The notes beneath the pieces were generated by a model. That model did no database searches, was not told the origin of the DNA, and saw nothing but the letters and a program-made list of their open reading frames with translations. Positions 47,969 to 57,487 of a stretch of 64,000 bases of DNA are shown here, in pieces. Location: contig JANWIC010000008.1 in NCBI GenBank assembly GCA_025450075.1, positions 11,289-75,288 on the forward strand. The letters run 5' to 3'. This DNA comes from Patescibacteria group bacterium (lineage in GTDB: Bacteria > Patescibacteriota > Dojkabacteria > JAKAPS01). How positions within the stretch are numbered: position 1 is the stretch's first letter; every line of letters starts with the position of its first letter. The translations under genes were made by a program, and so were the position numbers.

Positions 47969-49024
47969 ATGCTACTGGGAATAAAAGATTGTGAACCTTT
48001 TGTCACCAAAAGAATTGAAGAATTACTTGATAAAGAAATTCATGCATCCCAAAAATTCGGTAATTTCCTTCCTGAACATATTACCTATTTTAAGAAATTA
48101 TCAACAGTAAACGGCAAACGGGTACGTGCTTATCTTATCTATCTCGGTTCACAACTTTTTGCATCAAATGAAGAAGCAGTAATGAGTAAAGATGTTCTAG
48201 ATCTAGCAGCAGCAGTGGAAATTTTTCATACCGCTATTCTTATCCATGATGATATTGAAGACCAGGGCACGATTCGAAGAGGAATTGACACATACCACAT
48301 CTTTGAACAAAAAAAATATAATTCAAAACATATTGGAGAAAGCCTCGCTATTGATATCGGAGATGCAGGATATTTTTTTGCGGTCGATATTATAGCAAAT
48401 ATTTCCAGCATGCCAGTAACTGACAGATTAAGGACGATGAAGATGTTTGCTCGAGTGGCTATAAACTTATCTTATGGGCAGGCATTTGACATCATCTCTA
48501 CAATTACCCATTCATCAGATATTTCATTTGAAAGGCTTTTAGATATTTGTAACTTAAAAACAGGAACATATACTTTCCTTCTTCCGCTGAAGATGGGAAT
48601 GGTATCTTCAGGCAATTTCAGATATGCTGATACAATAAATGATTATGCATACCATAGTGGTATTGTTTTCCAATTAACTGATGATATATTAGATATCTTT
48701 GCTGATCCAGAAACAACCGGGAAAGTAAGTTGCGGTGACCTTCGTGAAGGAAAGATAAATGGGATCATTAAAAAGACACTAGAGATGGCGGATAAAGGAG
48801 ATAAGGCATATATCACATCCATACTTACACAAGAAGAAAAAGATATTGATACTGAACGTGTAAGAGAGATTATAAAGCGATGTGGAGCACTTGATACGCT
48901 CCATGAATATATCAATTCCCATACCCAATCTGCAATACAATCTTTGGAAGGAATTGAAGGGCAAGAGATGGTAAAAAAGAATTTGAAAAAGCTTGTCTTA
49001 TCTTTGCACGGAAGAAATTCCTAA
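47969..49024 (+). CDS. Polyprenyl diphosphate synthase (trans-isoprenyl diphosphate synthase family)
   Basis: First Asp-rich motif 'ILIHDDIEDQGTIRRG' and second 'FQLTDDILD'. Confidence 0.8.
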   Translation: MLLGIKDCEPFVTKRIEELLDKEIHASQKFGNFLPEHITYFKKLSTVNGKRVRAYLIYLGSQLFASNEEAVMSKDVLDLAAAVEIFHTAILIHDDIEDQGTIRRGIDTYHIFEQKKYNSKHIGESLAIDIGDAGYFFAVDIIANISSMPVTDRLRTMKMFARVAINLSYGQAFDIISTITHSSDISFERLLDICNLKTGTYTFLLPLKMGMVSSGNFRYADTINDYAYHSGIVFQLTDDILDIFADPETTGKVSCGDLREGKINGIIKKTLEMADKGDKAYITSILTQEEKDIDTERVREIIKRCGALDTLHEYINSHTQSAIQSLEGIEGQEMVKKNLKKLVLSLHGRNS

Positions 49025-50151
49025 CCGATCCATTCCTTCATTAATGATGCAAATGTGTCATTTTCTATTGAACCTCTAATTTTTTCACATACTTGTGCAA
49101 GCATTGCAACATTATGGATAGATGCAAGCGTATTTGCTAACAATTCGTGTGAACGGAACAGATGACAAAGATATCCTCTTGAATAGTTTGTGCAGGTATA
49201 GCACTGGCAAGTCCTATCTATTGGAATATCTTGCATCGCATATTCTGCCTTGCTTATCCCCAGCCGATATTTGTTTTTTTTGTTTCCGCCCTCAGCTGGC
49301 GAGATGAGAAGTGCTCCATTTCTTGCAAGTCTTGTAGGTGAAACACAATCAAACATATCAACACCTCTTGCTACAACCTCAAAGATATCATCAATATCTC
49401 CGACTCCCATTGTATATCGAGGCAAATTACAAGGTATTTCATCAAGAATCCAATCAAGAATTTCTTTTGTCCTTTCTTTGTTGTACCCGATTGTCTCGCC
49501 CCCAATCGCAATTCCTTCCAGATTGGCATCCAAGGTCTTGTGGATCGATTCCAGCCTCAAATCCCTATATATCCCCCCTTGCACGATGCCAAACAAAGAT
49601 TGTTTTCTCTCGGGGTCTAGCGTATGCCATTCTTTGATACACCGGTCCAACCATCTGATTGTCCGTTGGGAAGATTCAATTGCATATTGGTAAGGAGCAT
49701 CATCTTTTATAGGCTCATCAAAAGCCATAATGATATCGGAACCGAGTACATGTTGGATTTGCATAGATATTTCAGGAGAAATATGATGCATAGAGCCGTC
49801 AATATGTGATTTGAAAAGGACTCCTTCGTCTGTCACTTTGGTAAGACCACCTGAGAGACTAAATACCTGAAATCCTCCACTGTCTGTAAGAATTGGTTTA
49901 TCCCAATGCATAAAATGATGAATGCCGCCGAATTTTCCAATAACATCCATTCCTGGACGAAGATAGAGATGATAGGTATTTGCAAGAACGATTTGAGATC
50001 CTGTCTCCGCGATCTGGTTTGAGGTAAGCGATTTTACTGTCCCTGCAGTTCCAACCGGCATAAAGACAGGAGTTTCAATCTCTCCATGCGGAGTTGTAAT
50101 TTTTCCTCTTCGAGCCTTTCCGGAAGTCTTTAAGAGTGAGTAACTGATCAT
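49021..50151 (-). CDS. tgt: Queuine tRNA-ribosyltransferase
   Basis: 'LPRYTMGVGDIDD', zinc site 'CQCYTCTNYSRGYLCHL' and catalytic 'DSGGFQ'. Confidence 0.9.
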   Translation of the reverse strand: MISYSLLKTSGKARRGKITTPHGEIETPVFMPVGTAGTVKSLTSNQIAETGSQIVLANTYHLYLRPGMDVIGKFGGIHHFMHWDKPILTDSGGFQVFSLSGGLTKVTDEGVLFKSHIDGSMHHISPEISMQIQHVLGSDIIMAFDEPIKDDAPYQYAIESSQRTIRWLDRCIKEWHTLDPERKQSLFGIVQGGIYRDLRLESIHKTLDANLEGIAIGGETIGYNKERTKEILDWILDEIPCNLPRYTMGVGDIDDIFEVVARGVDMFDCVSPTRLARNGALLISPAEGGNKKNKYRLGISKAEYAMQDIPIDRTCQCYTCTNYSRGYLCHLFRSHELLANTLASIHNVAMLAQVCEKIRGSIENDTFASLMKEWIG

Positions 50152-50207
50152 AGGCTTTAGTAATCCTGCTGATTATATTATAATACACTGGGAAAAATAT
50201 ACTACGT

Positions 50208-51206
50208 ATGCGAACAGACGAATTTCATTTCAATCTTCCACAAAACCTGATTGCACAAAAACGGGTTCATCCTTATGACCGTTCAAAACTTTTAATAGTG
50301 GAAAGGAAACAACAAACTTATGAAGACAAACATTTTTTTGATATTATCAACTACCTTACTCCAAATGATGTCTTAGTTTTTAATGATACTAAAGTGTTTA
50401 AAGCACGTTTAAGAGGTAAAAAAGAGATACTGCTTCTTGAAAACATTAGTGATCAGGATTCCTATCGGTGCATTATCAAGGGAAATGTGAAAGTAGGTTC
50501 AACAATACCATTTCCAAATGGTCTTGTTGCAACTGTCTTAGCAATTGGTGAGGATGGAGAGAGAGATATATGCTTTAATGCAAAAGATGCATACTTACAC
50601 CAATTGATTGATGAGGTTTCTGAATTACCTCTTCCTCCATATATTACAAAGCATTCTGAAGAATATCAAACAATATATGCTGACGAAAAGAAAAGCAATT
50701 CAATTGCTGCTCCAACTGCAGGTTTCCATTTTACAAACAATCTTCTGGAAAGAATTAAACAAAAAGGAGTAGTAACAGAGCATATAACTCTTTCAGTAGG
50801 AATAGGGACATTTCGTCCTGTTAAGAGTGAAACAATTGAAGATCATCCGATGCATGCCGAAGTGTACCATATTGATGAAGAAGTAAAAAATCGTTTGAAT
50901 TCATACAAGAAAGAAAGAAAAAGGATTATTGCTGTTGGAACTACAAGCGTACGAACTTTAGAAGACAGTGCAGACACAAATGGAATACTGCAAAAGACAG
51001 ATAATGAGACAAAGATTTTTATCTATCCTCCTTATCAGTTTAAGTTTGTAGATGCACTCATCACGAATTTCCATCTTCCGCAATCCACATTAATCATGCT
51101 TGTCAGCGCATTTGGTGGCAAAGACTTTATATTTTCCTGCTATCAGCATGCAATAGATGCTCAGTATCGCTTTTATAGTTTTGGAGATGCTATGTTTATC
51201 CAGTAA
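50208..51206 (+). CDS. queA: S-adenosylmethionine:tRNA ribosyltransferase-isomerase
   Basis: 332 aa, QueA-like throughout ('IAAPTAGFHFT', 'AVGTTSVRTLE' and 'NFHLPQSTLIMLVSAFGG'). Confidence 0.85.
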   Translation: MRTDEFHFNLPQNLIAQKRVHPYDRSKLLIVERKQQTYEDKHFFDIINYLTPNDVLVFNDTKVFKARLRGKKEILLLENISDQDSYRCIIKGNVKVGSTIPFPNGLVATVLAIGEDGERDICFNAKDAYLHQLIDEVSELPLPPYITKHSEEYQTIYADEKKSNSIAAPTAGFHFTNNLLERIKQKGVVTEHITLSVGIGTFRPVKSETIEDHPMHAEVYHIDEEVKNRLNSYKKERKRIIAVGTTSVRTLEDSADTNGILQKTDNETKIFIYPPYQFKFVDALITNFHLPQSTLIMLVSAFGGKDFIFSCYQHAIDAQYRFYSFGDAMFIQ

Positions 51207-51212
51207 TATGTA

Positions 51213-51683
51213 GTGTATAATATGGACATGGAACATGAATTAGCACCAGCATTTTCTTTATATGATGAAACAGGAGTTCTTTATTCTTCTGAGCAACTAA
51301 AAGGAAAATCATATATTTTGTATTTTTACCCAAAAGATGATACACCGGGTTGTACTATTGAAGCATGCAGCTTTCGTGACCATTATGAGGATTTTCAACA
51401 GAAAGACATTCTTATCCTTGGTATTGGAAAAGGTACCAAAAGGGATCATCAAAGATTCAGAGAAAAATATCACCTTCCTTTCCCACTTCTTGTTGATGAC
51501 GGATTGAAAGTATGCGAAAGTTATCATGTTCTTAAAAGCGCAAGCATGTTTGGAAAACCCTATATGAAAATTGCAAGAACAACTTTTCTTATAGATGAAA
51601 AAGGCTACATACAAAAAGTATGGGAAGATGTGAACCCACTAGGACATGCAAATCAGATTATGCGTGTTTTACCAAATAGTTAA
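51213..51683 (+). CDS. bcp: Peroxiredoxin, Bcp-type thiol peroxidase
   Basis: 'YFYPKDDTPGCTIEAC' contains the peroxidatic Cys motif. Confidence 0.8.
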   Translation: MYNMDMEHELAPAFSLYDETGVLYSSEQLKGKSYILYFYPKDDTPGCTIEACSFRDHYEDFQQKDILILGIGKGTKRDHQRFREKYHLPFPLLVDDGLKVCESYHVLKSASMFGKPYMKIARTTFLIDEKGYIQKVWEDVNPLGHANQIMRVLPNS

Positions 51684-52280
51684 CAAAAATACTGTTATAC
51701 TTGCTCCCAATAAACCAATATCCCGAATCAATAACGATCCTAAACCTTCTTCATAAGCAAATAACACTGCAAACAAAAGAAGTGATGCAATTAATGATCC
51801 GATATCCATAAATATTCCTGTCACAAATGATACTCCTACTAAAAATTCAAATGCTGATTGAATAAATGCTAAAGGATAGAGTTTTAAAGCATGTGTTTCT
51901 AATTTGAATTTCTTTAAAATCAAATTTGATAGGTTATTGAATATCTCAGGATGTTCAAAATTATCAATTGCATACCAGAAGAATACAAATCCTAAACCTA
52001 CTCGAAGTGGTAACAATTTATCTAACAAGTCAGGATTATTTACATAAGGTACGAAAAATCGCAACTGCTCAAGTTGTGAAGTTAAAGGTGCGAATAAGGC
52101 ATGAATAAGAAGAAGAAAAGAAATGATAAAAACTATCATAAGGTTGACAGTATTTGCCGGAATCTTCTTTTTCATCATTGGAACCTTTTTCACCTCAGTA
52201 GCTGCTACAGGAGTAGCGGGATTAGATGTTGGAGTTTGTATTTGTACTTGTGGTTGATCATGCTGTGGTTGTGGATCCAT
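51669..52280 (-). CDS. DoxX-like membrane protein with a Pro/Gln-rich N-terminal tail
   Basis: Four TM helices. N-terminal 'MDPQPQHDQPQVQIQTPTSNPATPVAATE'. Confidence 0.4.
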   Translation of the reverse strand: MDPQPQHDQPQVQIQTPTSNPATPVAATEVKKVPMMKKKIPANTVNLMIVFIISFLLLIHALFAPLTSQLEQLRFFVPYVNNPDLLDKLLPLRVGLGFVFFWYAIDNFEHPEIFNNLSNLILKKFKLETHALKLYPLAFIQSAFEFLVGVSFVTGIFMDIGSLIASLLLFAVLFAYEEGLGSLLIRDIGLLGASITVFLLTIW

Positions 52281-52294
52281 GTTTGTATGATAAA

Positions 52295-53044
52295 TTATGA
52301 TGTAGGAAATATGATATCTGCGATTTCTTTTGCTTTACCAAGTGAGTCTTCATCTTGCCATATATTTCTTCCAATTGCTCCTCCCATACATCCGGCATCC
52401 ATTGCACCTTGTATTTCCTTCTTCATACCCTCATGATCAGTATGGCTTCCCCCTGCAATACATACCGGAATTTTACCTGCACAGGTAACAACCCATTGCA
52501 TTGCTTCAGGAGAACCTGCATATCTTACTTTTACAATATCTGCTCCAAGTTCTAAACCAACTCGTGCAGCATATGCAGTAATATCTGTTGTTTCTTCACC
52601 AACCTTTGATCCTCTAGGATACATCCAAGCAATTACCGGGATTCCCAGATCATGAGCTTCGTATACAATATTCGCAAATTCCTTAAACATTTTATTTTCA
52701 TGTTTACTTCCAACATACACTGTATATCCCACTGCCTTTGCTCGAAGCTGCATAGCTTCTTCAACTGAGCAAACTTGAGGTGAATATGGTTCATCTTTTA
52801 TGAATTTTGTTTTTCCATTCAACTTAATAATGAGAGGAGTCTTATGGACATCAGGTTTATAATACTTTTCCGCTATACCTTTATGGGTAATAATTCCGGT
52901 AAAAAGACCTGACTTTGTCAAATCCATGACATACTCCGGATTAGCAGATTGCATATCGAAATCGGTTGGACCATGCTCTAAACCTTGGTCATAGGCAAGA
53001 AAGAAGAATTTATCGTCTCGTGAAATCTTGGTTAAATCAACCAT
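52295..53044 (-). CDS. fbaB: Class I fructose-bisphosphate aldolase of the archaeal DhnA/FbaB type
   Basis: 'FLAYDQGLEHGP', Schiff-base Lys region 'DIVKVRY' and ~250 aa TIM-barrel length. Confidence 0.75.
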   Translation of the reverse strand: MVDLTKISRDDKFFFLAYDQGLEHGPTDFDMQSANPEYVMDLTKSGLFTGIITHKGIAEKYYKPDVHKTPLIIKLNGKTKFIKDEPYSPQVCSVEEAMQLRAKAVGYTVYVGSKHENKMFKEFANIVYEAHDLGIPVIAWMYPRGSKVGEETTDITAYAARVGLELGADIVKVRYAGSPEAMQWVVTCAGKIPVCIAGGSHTDHEGMKKEIQGAMDAGCMGGAIGRNIWQDEDSLGKAKEIADIIFPTS

Positions 53045-53137
53045 GTATGGGCAGTAATATATTCATTGAGTATTATATACTATGCACCGGATTCTGCAAA
53101 TACTCTTTGATTTAAATTTTTTGTTTTTGTTACTGAT

Positions 53138-53380
53138 GTGTTATATAATCCAAATATGCTTAATTCAGATAACTTTAGAACAATAACTCAATTACGTCTT
53201 AATACTCTTGAGATCCTGAATACGGTTCTTCGTGAAAACAAACCAATCTATATAATCTCCCGATCAAAGCCTCAAGCAATAATCTTAAGCATCAGCGAAT
53301 ACGGCAAACTCCTTGAATTGAAAAGGGAGAATAAAAGACTTCAGGCACTAGCTAATAGGAAGCAGAATATTGAAAATTGA
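53138..53380 (+). CDS. Phd/YefM-family antitoxin-like protein with no adjacent toxin gene
   Basis: 'ITQLRLNTLEILNTVLRENKPIYIISRSKPQAIILSISEYGKLLE' is the Phd/YefM fold signature. Its 3' end overlaps a convergent kinase gene. Confidence 0.55.
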   Translation: MLYNPNMLNSDNFRTITQLRLNTLEILNTVLRENKPIYIISRSKPQAIILSISEYGKLLELKRENKRLQALANRKQNIEN

Positions 53381-54583
53381 TCCTTCACCTTTTTTGCTTT
53401 CCACGTTTATAGTCCCTCCATGCCGCTGAATGATATACTGACAAATATACAATCCAATTCCTACTCCAAAAGTTTTTTTATCCGGTTTTAATTTACCATA
53501 TGTATATTTTCCGAATAAAGTATGTAATTCATTTTCCGTCATCCCTCTTCCAGTATCAGCAATCGTAATATGTATCATCTTCTCTTCTCTTGCAGTTGCG
53601 ATAGTAATCGAACCTTTTTTAGTAAATTTTGTTGCATTGTATAATATATTATAAATCACCTGAGATATCTTTTGTTCATCAGCTACAATTTGCATTTTTC
53701 CTTCACATTGCACTTCAATTTTTATCTTTCTCTCCAGAATAAATAATCTTAGTTCCTCTGCTAGCTTTCGTATGAGGAGATTAATATCAAACTTAGACTT
53801 TTGGAGTATTAATGCATTACTCTCTATCATTGAAGAACTAAGCATGTTATTTACCAATAGTAATTGTCTGGCTGTAGCCATCCGTGCATAGTGTAAATAT
53901 TCATTTTTATCTGATTCATCAATCATTGATAAAGCATCCCGAATAATTGTGGCCGGAGTTCGAAGTTCATGGCTTGCTATCTCTAGAAGTTCTGTCTTGA
54001 ACTTATTTGATTTTTCCAGGCTTATTATTTTTTCTTCAAGTTCATGGCTTAAATGCCAGTTTTGGATTGCTGTTCCTGCAATATTGGCAAATACCTGCAT
54101 GACATGGAAATCATCATCATCAAATTCCTTATCATGTGTTGCAAAAAGAAGTACTCCTAACGTTTCATCTTTGTAAAGAATCGGGACAGCACATGCACAC
54201 TTAATACGAGCAAATAATTGGATATAGTCAGCGAGACGATAAACTTGTGGAGGTGCAAAATCTTTGTACCTCTCACTCATGTACTGCTTCTTATCAACAA
54301 AACTTCTGACAACGAGATTTCCTTGTCGAGTTAAATTAATTTTTAAATCCTTCATATCCATTGGGAGAAGACTGATTACTTTTTGAATAATAGTGGTCTT
54401 AGATGCTGTGAGAGGATAAATGTATTTTCCATCTTTATCATACAGAAATATGACCGCACCACTGAAGCGGAAATTATGTACTACAGTATCTACAACTTTT
54501 TGACAAATATCTTCAAAATTATCAGAAGAAGCAAAAAGTTGGGATATATCAAAGACAATATCAATTGGTGTTTTACGTGCCAT
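53348..54583 (-). CDS. GAF-domain sensor histidine kinase
   Basis: N-terminal GAF-like ~180 aa. H-box 'ASHELRTPATII', 'LYNATKFTKKG' and 'DTGRGMTENE...GVGIGLYICQ'. Confidence 0.85.
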   Translation of the reverse strand: MARKTPIDIVFDISQLFASSDNFEDICQKVVDTVVHNFRFSGAVIFLYDKDGKYIYPLTASKTTIIQKVISLLPMDMKDLKINLTRQGNLVVRSFVDKKQYMSERYKDFAPPQVYRLADYIQLFARIKCACAVPILYKDETLGVLLFATHDKEFDDDDFHVMQVFANIAGTAIQNWHLSHELEEKIISLEKSNKFKTELLEIASHELRTPATIIRDALSMIDESDKNEYLHYARMATARQLLLVNNMLSSSMIESNALILQKSKFDINLLIRKLAEELRLFILERKIKIEVQCEGKMQIVADEQKISQVIYNILYNATKFTKKGSITIATAREEKMIHITIADTGRGMTENELHTLFGKYTYGKLKPDKKTFGVGIGLYICQYIIQRHGGTINVESKKGEGSIFNILLPIS

Positions 54584-55811
54584 GCTCGTTTTGGGTAATA
54601 TATTCTTGAAGCTGCAATTTTTCCTCTTTTCCTCCAGACAGGATCTGCATTCTCATGATATACAATAAAATGAGGAAATATTCAGGATTTACCACTTGCT
54701 TATATTTTTTTTGAAGCGAGAGAAATCGTTGTATTGTTTGGATTTGAAAATAGTTTTCAATTGCTTTGCCATTGATTTTGCTCATCATTTTCTTCATATT
54801 TTCCCGATTAAAAACTGATCTCAGCTTTAATGTTAAAATCCGCTTAGGATCAAGATAGCCTTGATACACTGCATAATTGTATACCCATGAAGAAAAGTCG
54901 CCTTCCTGAAATTCCCTCCCATATGACTTATACCCATTCACAAAATATGTTAATTCAGATATTTCTATTGCCATCTCTTTTAATAATTCAAGTTTTCTCC
55001 CGGATTTACAAATCTTTGCAACATGTTCATCTTGAATTTTTCCAAATAAACCAGTAAAGAAAATGACATAAAAACTGATCGCGCCTGCTGAGCGTCTTAC
55101 ATGCTCTTCAACTGTTAATAGTTTCTTACATGGTCTTTTCCTTGTGTTTACACTCTCATAATGTGATTTGAAAATATACCGTATTCCTTCTTTCATTTCT
55201 TCTCGCACTTTCATTGCAAGATCCACATCTGAACCTTGATGCATCTCATATATATACTTACATGTAAGAGCCAAAGAAGATAAGATTTCATTGATTCCTG
55301 TCTTGTCAAGCTCTTTTCTGGATTCATATAGCCCATCGACTGATGCAAGAAAACCCTCTTCAAATGTTTTCAATATTTTTAATGCCTTTGCTTCTTTATC
55401 AATTTTTCCTAGAAAACTTGTCACAAGTTTTCCCTCCAGTTCATCTGCAAATGTATCTGCTATGCAATCAATCATTGTGAATAAAAATGCAAAACAGACA
55501 TATATATCCTCATCAGCAGCAAGGACAAATTGTTTTAGAAACATATGATGGAAAAAATATATGCCGACAATAGATCGAGTTTCCATTTTCTCATTCCTCG
55601 TATAGAAAGGACAATCATGTATAAGTGAAAAAGTCTCTAGACAATGCGGGTCACTTTTCATTATTGACTCAATACTACCCTTAAGATAGGAGCGTACATA
55701 CCTATACGGAAGAAGAAGGAATATCCTGATTTTTTCCTGGATACTTTGTGTTTTTGTGGGGGTAGAAAAAAGGATATGAAAAATCTGATCCTTTGGATAT
55801 TGCTTAGTCAT
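54573..55811 (-). CDS. Hypothetical alpha-helical protein with weak class I terpene-synthase-like motifs
   Basis: Asp-rich 'AADEDIY...MIDCIADTFADE' (~aa 99-124) and an NSE-like triad 'VNGYKSYGRE' (N292/S296/E300). Start overlaps the upstream gene by 4 bp. Confidence 0.3.
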   Translation of the reverse strand: MTKQYPKDQIFHILFSTPTKTQSIQEKIRIFLLLPYRYVRSYLKGSIESIMKSDPHCLETFSLIHDCPFYTRNEKMETRSIVGIYFFHHMFLKQFVLAADEDIYVCFAFLFTMIDCIADTFADELEGKLVTSFLGKIDKEAKALKILKTFEEGFLASVDGLYESRKELDKTGINEILSSLALTCKYIYEMHQGSDVDLAMKVREEMKEGIRYIFKSHYESVNTRKRPCKKLLTVEEHVRRSAGAISFYVIFFTGLFGKIQDEHVAKICKSGRKLELLKEMAIEISELTYFVNGYKSYGREFQEGDFSSWVYNYAVYQGYLDPKRILTLKLRSVFNRENMKKMMSKINGKAIENYFQIQTIQRFLSLQKKYKQVVNPEYFLILLYIMRMQILSGGKEEKLQLQEYITQNEHGT

Positions 55812-57391
55812 ACCATTACCTTTTTATATATTGATAAGGAAGTGAGCAAAAGTGTGCGAACTATATTGAGGGGGGAATAGGAAACCTTTACAATCCACAT
55901 CTTTTCCAACATAGTTATATCCTGATTATACGCATTTACAAAAATATCTTCCAATATTTTCCCTTGTTCAGTTATGATACCAATAATTCTTTTTCTGTCA
56001 CAGTTCCCTATTTTTGCTTTTCTCATATAATACCACAATCCTATAATTCCCCAAGCCCGTTCTTCACAGGTTAAAGAAGAATTTGACACTTTCTCAATAA
56101 GGGATCGGTAAATTTTCTCTCTCAAAGATTTTATGGACTTAGCAAGTGGAGAAGAAGCATTTGCACTACAAGAAAGTGTATTGTAAATAGCTACATACGC
56201 AATCAAAGAATTGGCATAAAAGTATATTTTGGAAATATGCCATTTATCAATATCATGTATTTGATTTCGAATGCATTCATTGAGGTTTTCATGAATTATC
56301 GTTATATATTTGAAGAATAATGGATCATTTGGGTCAGCGAAAGAAAGAGCGCTCAGAATGTCTGCCATTGTGCCAAACGATGGCCTTATTTCATTTTTAT
56401 AGGATCCAAAAAATGTTCTTTTTTTGTATGTTTGAATATATGGAGAAAAGATACTTAGAGGTATTTTCCTGCCTGTTAGAGAAAGTAATTTATATGCCAT
56501 CCCTGTTGTATCTCCGTCCTTTAGGGCAAATGCTTTTGATATACCTACCCCTTCAGTAATTGAAAATCCAGCATCGAACAGGTACGGTACTACAGCTTTT
56601 GCCGTGTCATCAAGTTCCGTTTTCGATAAAAGATCAGAATGTAGCAATAGATGAAACTGCCATGCAATTTCAAATATTTCCCCATAGGCAAATGCATTCA
56701 TCTGGAATGTCTTTTTTTCTACATAATAATTATATAGTTTTTCATACGCCTCAGGCATATCATAGTTTGCCAGAAACGCTAGAATCTCAATATTATCAAA
56801 TTGGAAAGCATATTTTTTCGCCTTTCGCAGAAACTCTGTGAAATTCGGGTGGTCTTCCAAACCTTCAATAGAAAAGAGAATTGTATTACTTTGTGAGCGA
56901 ATTTTTTCATCCCTTAATTTTGAGTAAGCTCTTTCAAGCCTGTCCAAAGTCACATCAGAGGAAAGCAATCTTTTTTCACGAAGTCTGGAAATATAGAATG
57001 GAATTAAAATCTCAGCTCCAACTGTTTTTTGGGTATCTTTCTGTAATTTTTCTGAAAACATATATACTCCGGGAAGCAGCAGTTGCATGATATCATCATG
57101 TGTGTGATCTTGAGATAATGAGACAAGCGCAGATAAAACACTCAATAATTGGTCATGATAATTATGTAACATCTTCGGTTTATCTCCGATATATCCTATT
57201 CCATTTTCAACATATATATGGGAAATAACTTCTTCTGTTGCTTTTTTCCTTAATCCTTCTCTATCGACAGATTCTTTAAGACGCATTACCATTGTTGCTC
57301 CATAAAAACTTCCCTTTTGAGATGATAATGAAGTAAGCGACTCAAGAAAAGTAGAAATAAGAAAACTTGGGTAATCTTCAGAATCTGGCAT
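55808..57391 (-). CDS. Hypothetical protein resembling class II terpene cyclases (squalene-hopene / copalyl-diphosphate synthase superfamily)
   Basis: 'YAFQFDN', 'ELDDTAKAVV' and 'KDGDTTGMAYKLLSL' resemble the DxDDTA general-acid region (SHC 'DVDDTAVVV', CPS 'DIDDTAMAFRLL', both recalled from memory). ~530 aa and helical. Confidence 0.35.
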   Translation of the reverse strand: MPDSEDYPSFLISTFLESLTSLSSQKGSFYGATMVMRLKESVDREGLRKKATEEVISHIYVENGIGYIGDKPKMLHNYHDQLLSVLSALVSLSQDHTHDDIMQLLLPGVYMFSEKLQKDTQKTVGAEILIPFYISRLREKRLLSSDVTLDRLERAYSKLRDEKIRSQSNTILFSIEGLEDHPNFTEFLRKAKKYAFQFDNIEILAFLANYDMPEAYEKLYNYYVEKKTFQMNAFAYGEIFEIAWQFHLLLHSDLLSKTELDDTAKAVVPYLFDAGFSITEGVGISKAFALKDGDTTGMAYKLLSLTGRKIPLSIFSPYIQTYKKRTFFGSYKNEIRPSFGTMADILSALSFADPNDPLFFKYITIIHENLNECIRNQIHDIDKWHISKIYFYANSLIAYVAIYNTLSCSANASSPLAKSIKSLREKIYRSLIEKVSNSSLTCEERAWGIIGLWYYMRKAKIGNCDRKRIIGIITEQGKILEDIFVNAYNQDITMLEKMWIVKVSYSPLNIVRTLLLTSLSIYKKVMV

Positions 57392-57431
57392 GTCTACATA
57401 AGCTCATGTATAAGATTAGCTTATGTAGACA
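57391..57431. promoter_or_regulatory. Perfect 14-bp inverted repeat TGTCTACATAAGCT-N13-AGCTTATGTAGACA overlapping the start codon of the 527-aa gene
   Basis: Read directly from the sequence. It lies between the receiver gene stop and the downstream gene start on the minus strand. Confidence 0.5.
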
Positions 57432-57487
57432 ATGCGGAATTGTCCAAAACCGCACTAATGGTATAGAGGATAAGATATTAATAACGG

